A DNA stretch of 64,000 nucleotides from Octopus vulgaris (lineage: Eukaryota), in NCBI GenBank assembly GCA_951406725.2, contig OX597814.1, forward strand, positions 36,084,001-36,148,000. The letters are read 5' to 3'. How positions within the stretch are numbered: position 1 is the first letter of the stretch; every line of letters begins with the position of its first letter. The notes beneath the pieces are model-generated. The model did not search any database and had not been told where the DNA came from. It worked only from the letters and a program-made list of their open reading frames with translations. Both the position numbers and the translations under genes were made by a program. Below are positions 53,192 through 64,000 of this stretch, one piece after another.

Positions 53192-53584
53192 ACTCTTTTA
53201 CTCTTTTACTTGTTTCAGTCATTTGACTGTGGCCATGCTGGAGCACCACCTTTAGTTGAGCAAAGCGACCCCAGGACTTATTCTTTGGAAGCCTAGTACT
53301 TATTCTATCGGTCTCTTTTGCTGAACCACTGAGTTACGGGGACATAAACACACCACCATCAGTTGTCAAGCGATGTTGGGGGAGGGACAAACAGACACAC
53401 AAATATATACACACGCATGCATATATATATACATATATACGATGGGCTTCTTTTAGTTTCTGTCTACCAAATCCACTACCAAATCTACTATAGCCTGAGG
53501 CCATAGTAGAAGACACTTGCCCAAGTGCCATGCAGTGGGAATGAACCCAGAACCATGTGGTTGGTAAGCAAGCTACTTACCACA
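53192..53584 (-). mobile_element. SINE family B
   Basis: Homologous to 2052-2463. Confidence 0.85.
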
Positions 53585-55366
53585 AGAAACACTCCCACAC
53601 ACACACACACACACACACACACATGCATACATATATAACTACATACATACACACAATGGATCATATCTGTTCACAAAGCTTTGGTCAAACTGGGAGTTAT
53701 TGTGGTAGAAATTTACCCAAGGTGCCACACAGTAAGACTGAACCCAAAACCATGTGATTGAGAAACAACCACATAGTTTCAGGTACTAGCAGTAGTGATG
53801 TATATTGTTAATACTAGGTATTGTATGTTTTTCATGTGGTAACATGGTGGCAGGTTTTCCAATATGTTTCTACATGTGATGAGGTATATATTAATGTAGC
53901 TATTTGTTCCATATGGAGCTCAGGCTGTCATTTGACACCCCTTAATGTAAAGAATCACTTATGAACAGGACAATATATGGATAAAGGTTGCATGACATGA
54001 GGTGACAACATGCAGAAATACCCCTTTAACCTTCAACAGTTAAAATGACTTATTCTACATGCTATATTGAACCTTCGGTTATGTGTTGCAATTTATCCAA
54101 CATATAAATGTCCTTTTGTTGAGTTATCTGTTGTATTTTTTGTAAATTACCCTCATTCTAACACCCTTTTTGCTTCTCTAATCTGAAGTATTCGGCTTCA
54201 ATCCTCTTGTAAGCTGGGATTAAAAACTGAAACGGCATGTGTGGACCATAAAAAAATGCACTGGTTTATTACTTTATGATCTCAATCTAAAAATAAAGTA
54301 CAGCAGAACATGCCTAGCCTGTTTCACGTGCAGAAAATGTTTCCAGTCAAAAAACGGTGTGTGTGTGTATGCACATGAGTGTTTATTCCTGTGTGTATAT
54401 ATGGTAAAATGACTATTTTCCAATGTTTCTAATGCAGTCAAGAACTCCACGTTAAGAATCATTTCCTCATGTACACACTGCGTATTTATTTTTCAGTTAG
54501 AAAAAGAAAAAAAAATGACTTCCTTGCATGTTTACGTGACATAGTGTGAAAAAGGAAGAGCAGGCTAGATTCTTTCAAATCACCTTATTATAAGCTCAAC
54601 TCTTCCCCACCAACAGCAACCAGTTTTACTGTTACTCATTGTATAATGTCTGACTAAGTTTTGTAATATATATTTTGTTGGAAATAAATGAAAATTCAAC
54701 ACAAAGTTCTCTTTATGTTATACTTCTACTTTTATTACTTGTGATATCTATTCATTTCTAATACAGAAACTACACAAGCAAAACAATTTTACAGCACATC
54801 ACATTTTTTATTAGCCAACAAATAAAATTCCTGTTAATTCATTTTATATCATATTTTCTGCTAGAATATAAAAAAATTATACTAATATTGGAAATAAAAT
54901 ATTTATCTTCTATATATCAACTCCATATGGCAGAGATCAAGTGTACACTTTTCGCTATCACTTCACTAGGACACAGTGAATTAAGTGTTAAAGAACTGGT
55001 GTACTTGCCTTTATGAACTGACAAGCATTTACCAAAATCCATTAAAAAGAAGTCATAGCTGACCAGTAACACTTATTAAAATTCTGAATCAATCTCATGC
55101 TAAAATTCCCACCTTAAAAATGGAAATATTTGGTAGTTCTATGTCTCTATTAAAAAAAATAAAGGATGGACAATGGAAAACATGTCACTGTGTTACCACA
55201 TGAATAACACCCAAACCCAGTATTTACAATATACAACAGTACTGGTAGTAACTGAAACTAAATGGTTGCTTCTTCATCCCATGATTTCAGGTTCAGTTTC
55301 ACTGTTCAGCACTTTGAGTAAGTGTCTTCTAAAATTTTTTGCACTTCAGACAGAACTGGACACTGG

Positions 55367-56040
55367 CACTCTTCCGGTTATGACAATGAGGTTTCCAGTT
55401 GACCTGATCAACAGAACAGTCTGCTTGGGAAATTAGACGCAGGAGTGGCTGTGTGGTAAGTAGCTTGCTTACCAATCACATTGTTCTGGGTTCAGTCCCA
55501 CTGTGTGGCACCTTGGGCAAGTGCCTTCTACTATAGCCTCGGGCAGACTAAAGCCTTGTGAGTGGATTTGGTAGACGCAAACTGAAAGAAGCCCGTCGTA
55601 TATGTGTATATATATATGTGTGTGTGTGTGGTGTGTGTGTTTGTGTGTGTATGTTTGTCCCCTCAAACTCGCCTGACAACCGATGCTGGTGTATTTACAT
55701 CCCCGTAACTTAGCGGTTCGGCAAAAGAGCCCGATAGAATAAGTCCTGGGGTCGATTTGCTCGACTAAAGGCGGTGCTCTAGCATGGCCGCAGTCAAATG
55801 ACTGTAAAGAGTAAAAGAGTATACAAGTGGCTGAGCACTTCACAGATATGGGTACCGTTAACATAGTTTTCTGAGAGATTCAGTGTAAAACAAATGGTGA
55901 CAAGGCTGGCCCTTTGAAATACTGGTGCTACTCATATTCACCAGCTGAGCAGAAGAGCAATGTGAAATAAAGTGCTTTGCACCACTGGTATCAAGCTCCC
56001 AATCATGAGCTGAATAGACTAACCACTAAGCCATGCACTT
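55367..56040. mobile_element. Old CORE-like plus tail D SINE (-) split by a family-B SINE (+, 55436-55820)
   Basis: Tail D sequence resumes in register after the family-B copy. Confidence 0.8.
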
Positions 56041-56314
56041 TCACCAGACTGGGTACTAAACAACAACAATTTCTCAATATAAACTGTACTAATTTTTCTA
56101 CTATAGGCACAAGACCTGGAGGTTTTGGGAGGAGGCTAGTTGGTCTCAGCAACTCTAATACTCAATTGGTACTTATTTCATTTCATCAACTCCGAAAATA
56201 TGAAAGGGTAAGTCGATCTCAGTGAAATTTAAAGTAGGTATGTAAAGACATACAAAATGTCACTAAGCATTTTGTTTGGCATGGTACAATTCTGCCAGCT
56301 TGCTGCCTTTAATA

Positions 56315-56728
56315 TCTCTTTTTCTCTTTCTCTTTTTTACCTGTTTCAGTCATTTGACTGCGGCCATGCTGGACACCGCCTTTAGTCAAGCAACTCGACC
56401 CCGCGACTTATTCTTTTTTTTTGTAAGCCCAGTACTTATTCTATCGGTCTCTTTTTGCCGAACCGCTAAGTGACGGGGACGTAAACACACCAGCATCGGT
56501 TGTCAAGCAATGCTAAGGGAACAAACATAGACACACAAACACACACACACATATATACATATATACGACAGGCTTCTTTCAGTTTCCGTCTACCAAATCC
56601 ACTCACAAGGCATTGGTCGGTCCGGGGCTATAGCAGAAGACACTTGCCCAAGATGCCATGCAGTGGGACTGAACCTGGAACCATGTGGTTGGTTAGCAAG
56701 CTACTTACCACACATCGACTCCTGCACC
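56315..56728 (-). mobile_element. SINE family B, full length
   Basis: Homologous to 2052-2463. Confidence 0.9.
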
Positions 56729-56825
56729 TATATATCTTGACAAATGCTTCATTGTTTTACATTAAATATAGTAAATGTTAATACAATCTTTTACTTGCTA
56801 TGTTTAATTCAGATTTCCTGTATAT

Positions 56826-57135
56826 TGTTGTTGTTTGTTCCTTCTCGAGCCATGCCTGGCTCATAAGGGCCAGTTTCACGGTTTCTTGGCGTATAGGTTC
56901 CCCACCTGGATGGGATGCCGGTATATCGCAGGTGAGCTGCAAGATGCAGGAGGAAAGAGTGAGAGAAAGTTGTGGCGAAAGAGTCAGCAGAAGTTTCGCC
57001 ATTATCTTCTGCTGGATCCGCGTGGAGCTTAGGTGTTTCGCTCATAAACACACACATCGTCCGGTCTGAGATTCGAACCTACGATCCCTCTACCGCGAGT
57101 CCGCTGCTCTAACCACTAGGCCATGTGCCTCCACT
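56826..57135 (-). mobile_element. tRNA SINE, centre E plus tail F
   Basis: 13-bp TSD atttcctgtatat at 56813-56825 and 57136-57148; (AAC)n tail. Confidence 0.9.
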
Positions 57136-57148
57136 ATTTCCTGTATAT

Positions 57149-57400
57149 CAATGAGTTCATTCTGGATGCTCAAACTACTGATGCCAAACTGTACTCGAAA
57201 TAGACAGAGCAAATGCATGCCATGGTGTTGCAAAACTATCCTACATTGGTTAACAAAAAGCAAGCTCTTCTGCACAAAACAGTACAAAACTTCATGCTGC
57301 TCGAATGACCCAGAATAAACTCCAAGAACTTGAGTGGATTGAACTGATGCCATACCCAGCATACAGTCCAGATCTAGCTCACTGACACCTATGTTCAACT
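57149..57400 (+). mobile_element. mariner transposase fragment
   Basis: ...LHAARMTQNKLQELEWIELMPYPAYSPDLA; YSPDLA is the mariner signature. Confidence 0.85.
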
Positions 57401-57618
57401 GATACTTCTTTGATCAAGCCTGAAAGAGTGACAGGCAAAGTTGTTCTTGATAGGATTTAAACTCAGAATGTAAACAGATGAAATGCCACTAAGCATTTTG
57501 TCTAGTGCGCTAATAATTCTGCTAGCTTGCCACCTTAATGATGATCATGATGACAACAATGACGACAACAACAACAATGATGATGATGATGTTGATGGTA
57601 ATGATGAATACTCCTCCT

Positions 57619-57853
57619 TGCGGCGAGCTGGCAGAAACGTTAGCATGCTGGGCGAAATGCTTAGCAGTATTTCGTCTGTTGCTACGTTCTGAGTTCAAAT
57701 TCCGCTGAGGTCGGCTTTGCCTTTCATCCTTTTGGGGTCGATTGAATAAGAACCAGTTATGCTCTGGGGTCGATATAATCGACTTAATCTGTGTGTCTGT
57801 CCTTGCTTGTCCCCTCTGTGTTTAGCCCCTTGTGAGTAGTATAGAAATAGGTA
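57619..57853 (+). mobile_element. SINE family C
   Basis: 12-bp TSD aatact(c/t)ctcct at 57607-57618 and 57854-57865. Confidence 0.9.
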
Positions 57854-57899
57854 AATACTTCTCCTCAAATTATAAAAGAGATACAAATCAATCTTCTCA

Positions 57900-60320
57900 G
57901 AATACCAACAATGTACTCTTGTATCACTGATGAATAGAAGGAGAATTTTGGAGTGGTATGCAACTTTGAAAAAGTGAACTAATAGAAACTGAAGTAACAA
58001 ACAAGAAAATCAAACAAGATTTTAAAGTATACACACACAAACAATATCACTGAAACTTATAGACTAATAAAGGCAGCAAGTATATTTTTGACATGAAATA
58101 TGGGATTTGAAGTAAGATGGAAACTAAGTAATGAAAGTTGACAGAACAAAAGGATGAACACTGAACCATGGTGGAAGATGAGAATCCTTGGAGATAAAAA
58201 AAAAAAGGATACCGAGTGATCTGTGAGTATTAGACATAGCAAAGGAAAAGAGAACTGCAGAATCATTGCAAGCATGACATGCTGAAACAAAAGTATGATA
58301 TTGATTCCACAGGGTTACTGGTAGTAATCAAGGAACTATATCAGCATGTTAAATCCAAGAGAGCAGAAAATCACTCAATATTAGCAGAGAATCGAACAAT
58401 ATAGAACAAAGAAGGCAGAAAAAATTTTATCAGGAAATAAACAGAGAAACTGATAAAGATGCATGCATCCCAAATAGAGAAGTAAGTCAAGGATTTTGGA
58501 ACAAAATATGAAGTAAGAGGAATCACACAGCATTAACAAAGATTGGCTATACAACTTAAAAGAAACTATTATAAATTCTCTGCAAGAAGGCATTGAGATG
58601 AGTGAGGAAGATGTTCAAAGTGTAGGTAGAAAGATGAGTAACCCAGTAGCAAAATAAGCTGGCTCAGATGAAGTTCATGAGTATTGGGTGAAAAAATTGG
58701 CTGAATATCATGTAAAGATTGTGGAACAATTATGCATATTTCTTGAAGAACACACAGAAATTTCAGAATCTCAGGTTGGTTGACCAGAGATAGAACAGTA
58801 TCATGTCAGAAAGAAGTAACAAAGAGAAATGCTGTTGACAACTTCAGACCAATATATTGTCTGCCTGTCATGTGGAAACTGCTAAATGAGAAACTGGTGG
58901 ATGCAATGTATGACTTCATGGACCAGGATAACATCTTTTTGGAGGAGTAAAAGGGTGCTAACTTGGGTGGAGAGGAGCCAAAGAGTAATTATTGAAAGAC
59001 TGCAAAAAGTACAAAATGAACTTAGGGATGGCATAAATAGACTACCTGAAAGCATACAATATGGTTCCACATTTGTGGATTATGGATTGCTTGAAAATAT
59101 TTGGAATTGCTCAATTACTGTGAGCTTATTGAGTAGAAGTATGAATGGATGAACATGGGAGCAAGATCTCAGGCTTTATAAAAATGAAACAGAGAATCTG
59201 CCAAGGATATAGCTGTCGCTATACCTTTTTGTTTTGTGTATGATGTTGCTAGCTTTGATTTTGAGAAACACAAAAGCTGGGTATATAATTTCAAGGAAAG
59301 AAAAGATACGAACAAGCATCTACTTTTTATGGATTACCTAAAGCTTTATGAAAAAGTTGAAAACAAGCTGGATTCACTGATTCGTTCAGTACAATACTTT
59401 AATTTGCATATAGAATAGAATTTTGAGCTGTAAAGGTGTGATGTGTTGATCCTAAAAAATGGAGAAGTCCAACAAATGGATATTGAGAAGGAGAGGTAAT
59501 GCAGAGAGTTGAACAGAAAGATACAAGTATCTGGACATAGGATGTAAACAAACTGGTGGAAAACCAAATGAAGAAAATACCCACACCAGAGAATTACAGA
59601 AGGCTGAGATTGATTTTGAAGACCAAACTTAGAGAAAGGAATAAGTTTTGAATAATAAATTCATGGTTAATTACTCCCATGGCATAAGGAGTAGGAGTGT
59701 TATGATGGCAAAAGAAGAACTACAATCTTTGAACTTAAAAACAAGGAAACTGTTGACAATACATGATAAATTCCACCTGAAAATTGATGTTGACAGCGAT
59801 GCCCGACAAGAAAGAAAGGATGGTAGGAACTGATAAGTTGTGAGGATTGTATTCAATCAGAAGGAAACAATACTGATTTGTACACAAAGAATGCAAAGGA
59901 AGCACTACTTGTACAAGTAAAGAACATGGTTTTATTGCATAGAGAAATCAGTCAAGATGACATACAAAATAAAGACAGCAAGAAAGAAGAACACATCTGG
60001 AGGGATAAGAAGATGCACAGTTACTTCCTGATAGAAATACCAAGGGACACAGATTCTGATAAAATATGGATGTGTGTATCACAGGAACAAGTGTTGACAA
60101 CAAACTTGCCACAAGCATAGGAATTAATCATTCTTCAGAATCTGAGAAGAGTAGAGTGTGAGGTGGAACTGGAGAGACAATATGGCATATTTCAAGTGAA
60201 TGCAGCAAATTGACCCAGATAGAATACAAAAGCAGACATGATAATATCACCAGAATGGTTCACTGGAAACTATGTAACAAATTTAGATTGGTTAAGGCAA
60301 GGAAATAGCATGTGGAATGA
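57900..60320 (+). mobile_element. Decayed R4/Dong-like LINE (RT plus zinc knuckle)
   Basis: DNFRPIYCLPVMWKLL, IDYLKAYNMVPHLWI, HLLFMDYLKLY, KTRKLLTIH, ETIWHISSECSKLTQIEYKSRHDN..VHWKLC; many stops and frameshifts. Confidence 0.85.
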
Positions 60321-60497
60321 TCAGTAAATAATCTATAGCCAAACCCAGTTTCCTTGGATTGCATTTCACATTGCTTGATGTTGGTTTAGGCATCACATCC
60401 AGTCTGAGCACTAATTGTTTGTATGTGTTATAAGTTTTTGACACATACTCTTAACATTTTATTTGTGTGTGTCTGTGTATATATATATATATATATA

Positions 60498-60724
60498 CTT
60501 TATTTAAAGCAGCAGAAAATTCAACAAAATCTGTTACTCTGAGTTTCTCGTTGCCGTTCATCAGACGGTTTTTGCTAGCAAAAATTGTCTGATGAACGGC
60601 AACGAGAAACTCAGAGTAACAGATTTTGTTGAATTTTCTGCTGCTTTAAATAAAGCATATTACTCTACCACTGGTATTTGAGTACTCTTTTTTCCACCTT
60701 GTTTCACATTTATGTGTTTACTCC

Positions 60725-60727
<3 letters not shown>
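60498..60727. mobile_element. 158-bp spacerless palindrome (60498-60655) of a hammerhead-bearing PLE-type terminal repeat, plus a 72-nt extension, within (TA)n
   Basis: Centre tttgct|agcaaa at 60576/60577; two mismatches between arms. Confidence 0.85.
60585..60622 (+). ncRNA. Type I hammerhead-like motif (mirror copy at 60531-60568, -)
   Basis: ttgt CTGATGA acg GCAA cga GAAA ctc a gag TA acag; GUA triplet; stem II is weak. Confidence 0.6.
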
Positions 60728-60756
<29 letters not shown>

Positions 60757-60761
<5 letters not shown>

Positions 60762-60947
60762 CATCAAAACATGAACAAAGAGAAAACACAACACCGTGAG
60801 GACGTGGAACAAGTATAGTGTTATTTGGCACTCAGGAAAGGAAAGAAAGAAGGAGGATTTTAACGTTTTGAGTGGAGCATTTCGTCAGAAACATAGGAAA
60901 AAGAAGGGAAGACGGAGAAATAAAATAACCAACAATACACACACTGT
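60757..60947 (-). mobile_element. Hammerhead-bearing PLE-type terminal repeat
   Basis: Inverted homologue of 61550-61740; CTGACGA core at 60882-60888; ends in (TA)n. Confidence 0.7.
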
Positions 60948-61344
60948 CACATAATCCTGGAGTCCTCTTCCTGCAACCAACTGTTGTCTCTTTCCAAGAA
61001 CGGCAATATATTCCCCTGGCTGGAAGATTGAAGACAAATAGTACTTCTTATATGGCAGTGATACTGATATACAATTATCACAATTTCAATTTCTAGACCA
61101 GGTGGTGTGTTGTGTTCTCGAGCAAAACACTTCATCTCCCGTTGCTATGTGATCACTTCGACACTTGATATGTGATACACTGTGCACCTGTTCAGACGAT
61201 GTCGGTGTGAGGGAGAGAAAGATATAATGTGTGGTATGAACATTTGATCACTATAAGCAAATCAATTGTGTAGGTAATTTGCCAAAAAAGCCTAACACTC
61301 GTATGTCATCTTTGATGGGTGAGTCCATCAGTCATCTCACCATA

Positions 61345-61525
61345 TTGATCCACTGAACTCTACACAGTTTTTTTCTCTCCTATTTTTCCTCTTATTCCTT
61401 TCTGTCAAATAGCATAGGCTCGAAACATAAAAGACTTTTCAATTTTTCTTGAGTGTTTAACTTAATACTCCTGCTTGTTGTTACTACACCTATCTTTGAC
61501 TTTTGTTTTTCTGTAAATTTGAACT
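61345..61525 (+). mobile_element. Related PLE-type terminal repeat with a degenerate hammerhead-like motif (61398-61433)
   Basis: cttt CTGTCAA a tagc atag gctc GAAA cata aaag; ends aac(TA)n like its neighbours. Confidence 0.5.
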
Positions 61526-61549
61526 ATATATATATATATATATATGTAT

Positions 61550-61740
61550 ATGTGACCTCGTGAGCACCGCCAGCAATTTCTTTTTCCTCTCTCTTTCCTT
61601 CTCCTTTGTTTCCGACGAAGAGCTCCGCTCGAAACGTTAAACCCTCCTTCCCTTCTTTCCTGAGCGTCCAATAATACTTTATTTGTTCCACGTCCTCGCG
61701 TTGCTGTGTTTTTTTGTGTTTTCTTGTTTGGATTAACTAT
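61550..61740 (+). mobile_element. Hammerhead-bearing PLE-type terminal repeat (motif 61608-61642)
   Basis: gttt CCGACGA a gagc tcc gctc GAAA cgtt aaac; flanked by (TA)n. Confidence 0.75.
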
Positions 61741-61741
61741 G

Positions 61742-61779
<38 letters not shown>

Positions 61780-61780
<1 letters not shown>

Positions 61781-62164
61781 CTCTCTCTATATAAACGGCA
61801 GTTTGTCTGTGCGTTTTCTGTGTGTCTGTTTTCTCGTACCCTCACTCTGACCACGGCTTTCAACCGATTCTGATGAAACTTGACACACACATAGCCCAAT
61901 GTCATAATTCAAAACTAACGCAGCGAAAATTTTGAAAAGTTCCCCCAGTTCTGAAAAAAATCGATAAATTCGACATGGGGTCGAGAATCAGAAACCCAAA
62001 CCACAGACCGTCTAGGGGACGCAACTCCACCTTTTTTAACTCTAAAAAAAACATTTACCATAATTTTTTTTCCATTTTTTTGCTATTTTTTGGCTATAAC
62101 TCTCTAAAAATGCTTTATAGTTATTTCCCTTACAAACCTGAGCAACGCCGGGCGATACTGCTAG
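61780..62164 (+). mobile_element. Complete non-autonomous Helitron
   Basis: A|TC start, subterminal hairpin cctgagcaacgccggg (62137-62152), CTAG|T end, no TSD. Confidence 0.9.
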
Positions 62165-62199
62165 TATATATATATATGTGTGTGTGTGTATATTTAAAC

Positions 62200-63228
62200 T
62201 TATATTAGATAATATATAGATAAACTTAATACACTAAACAACCTACTCCTTATAACTAGAAACTGCACCAATAGATCATTAGAAAACATAAAGAAAAATT
62301 ATACAAATTCTTTAAGAATTATGGTTTAGATATCTCTATAGAGAAAGAACATTCTAGATGCAAACCTAAACTTGGTAACTAATAAAATCCACCCATTCCA
62401 TAAGTAACCATTCTAGCTCAGTTAAAAAAGCATTAATAGACAATATAGATAAAAGAATTTCTATGATATCCTCGGATATTGATACTTTCAATACACATGC
62501 TCCTTACTATAATAATGCATTAAAAGAATCAGGCTATAATTAAAAATTTTAATTTTTTAAAAATTACGGACCCAATAACAATACTAGTTATCATCCTAAC
62601 TCCCGAACCAACTATAGAAGTAGTAGCAATGATAATAATTAACAATATAAGGAAATAAATAAAGATAATTATAATATACGTCTAAATAAAAATAATAATA
62701 CTAATAATTATAGTAAGGATAATACTAAAAATAATTCGAATAAATATGATAAGCATAATTACTATATACCCACGAAGAATACACTGATAATGATGAAAAC
62801 TAATAATAATAATTACAATAAAATGATAATAATAATAACAATAAAAATATACATAATAAGGAAATTATATGGCTAATTATCCCTTATGGAGACCAAATTA
62901 AAACTAATATTATTAAAGAAATTTTGAACATAATAAAAACATCCTTTAAAAAGAACAATACATACTCGAAAATATTCTCCAATAAACTATCAGAGTGGGC
63001 TATTCTACAACAGGAATATAAGTAATATTATATCCTCAATAAGCAATTTCAAATTAAATAAATTCTATAATAATTATTTAATTAATATTAACCATAGCTA
63101 CAGCAGAACTATCACAAACAATAAACATTACCGAATTTTAAATAAATGCACATGTAAAGGCAAATCTAAATGTAGGTATGATCTAACTTCAACCTAGATA
63201 ACGTAATTTATAAATATATAGTAACCTC

Positions 63229-63282
<54 letters not shown>

Positions 63283-63618
63283 TAATAATAAAGAATATAT
63301 TGGGACCACAGCGAAGGAAATTGAAAGGAGAATTTCCTGGCATTATCAGCCTTTCAAAAATCCCAAATTAAAAAATGGACAGGTCTAAGTAAATACATAT
63401 GGGAGTTAAAATCTAATAAAATAGAATACACCCTTAATTTATATATTATTTGTAAAGCTAAGTCATATAAAATAGGTAACAAAGCGTGCTTATTATGTAC
63501 AACAGAGTTTATGAAAATACTCCAGTCGAGAGAGTTAGCATTAAACAATACTGAAGAGAGAGGAATAAAATGCCGACATAAGAATAGTTTTACGTATAAT
63601 AAAATGAAAAATATATAA
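62200..63618 (+). mobile_element. Penelope-like element ORF remnant: RT C-terminus, linker and GIY-YIG endonuclease
   Basis: YGLDISIE..LDANLNL; KRISMISSD..YYNNALKESGY; IIWLIIPY..IKTNI; CTCKGKSKC; VIYK...YIGTT...LSKYIWELK...CLLC...CRHKN; frameshifted; TAA at 63616-63618. Confidence 0.9.
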
Positions 63619-64000
63619 AATAATAACCCCCCACCCAGCATATCATCTCCACACACTTATTTGGAATATAGTTACTAGAAGTTTTAATAGTCTTTATAGT
63701 AGTATTACATACGGATATACTAAAATCTAAGAATTTATTAAACAATATTACCTTTAAATGAATAGACAGGCCACATTTATGTCAATTAAACCTAAAAATC
63801 TACAACACTTTAAAAATCCATTTATAGCTAGATTTACAACTATAGCCTATTTCTAGTTATTATCTCCCCTCTCCTATAATATTCTTATTTTTAGAGTATT
63901 TTTCAGAGTATTTTATTTATTTTATGTTATACCCAATTCCCATAATATTCAGCGTCTGACAGTGGGAGCAGCCATTTGCACTTGAACTATAAGGAGTAAA

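Overview
AT-rich eukaryotic DNA dominated by transposon remnants and microsatellites, with no intact protein-coding gene that I can support. Almost every ORF in the supplied track is a microsatellite translation or a decayed transposon piece. The repeat repertoire looks like an Octopus (coleoid cephalopod) genome; this is an inference from recalled repeat families, not a search. Contents: many tRNA-derived SINEs (several with 12-15 bp TSDs, some nested, with interchangeable central and tail modules); decayed LINEs of the RTE, CR1-like, R4/Dong-like and Hero-like clades; two Penelope-like element (PLE) coding remnants; mariner fragments; a piggyBac-type and a hAT-type MITE; and non-autonomous Helitrons. 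The most striking signal is a set of minimal type I hammerhead-ribozyme motifs from at least four sequence families. One family is a short element joining a tRNA-derived Pol III head to a hammerhead tail, inserted twice as head-to-head inverted pairs with a 34-nt extension on one arm. It is a candidate Penelope-mobilised, ribozyme-bearing SINE. A few clean minus-strand splice-signal pairs in repeat-free islands hint that the window lies inside a long-intron host gene. Element boundaries without a TSD are approximate, and family letters (A-F) are my own labels.
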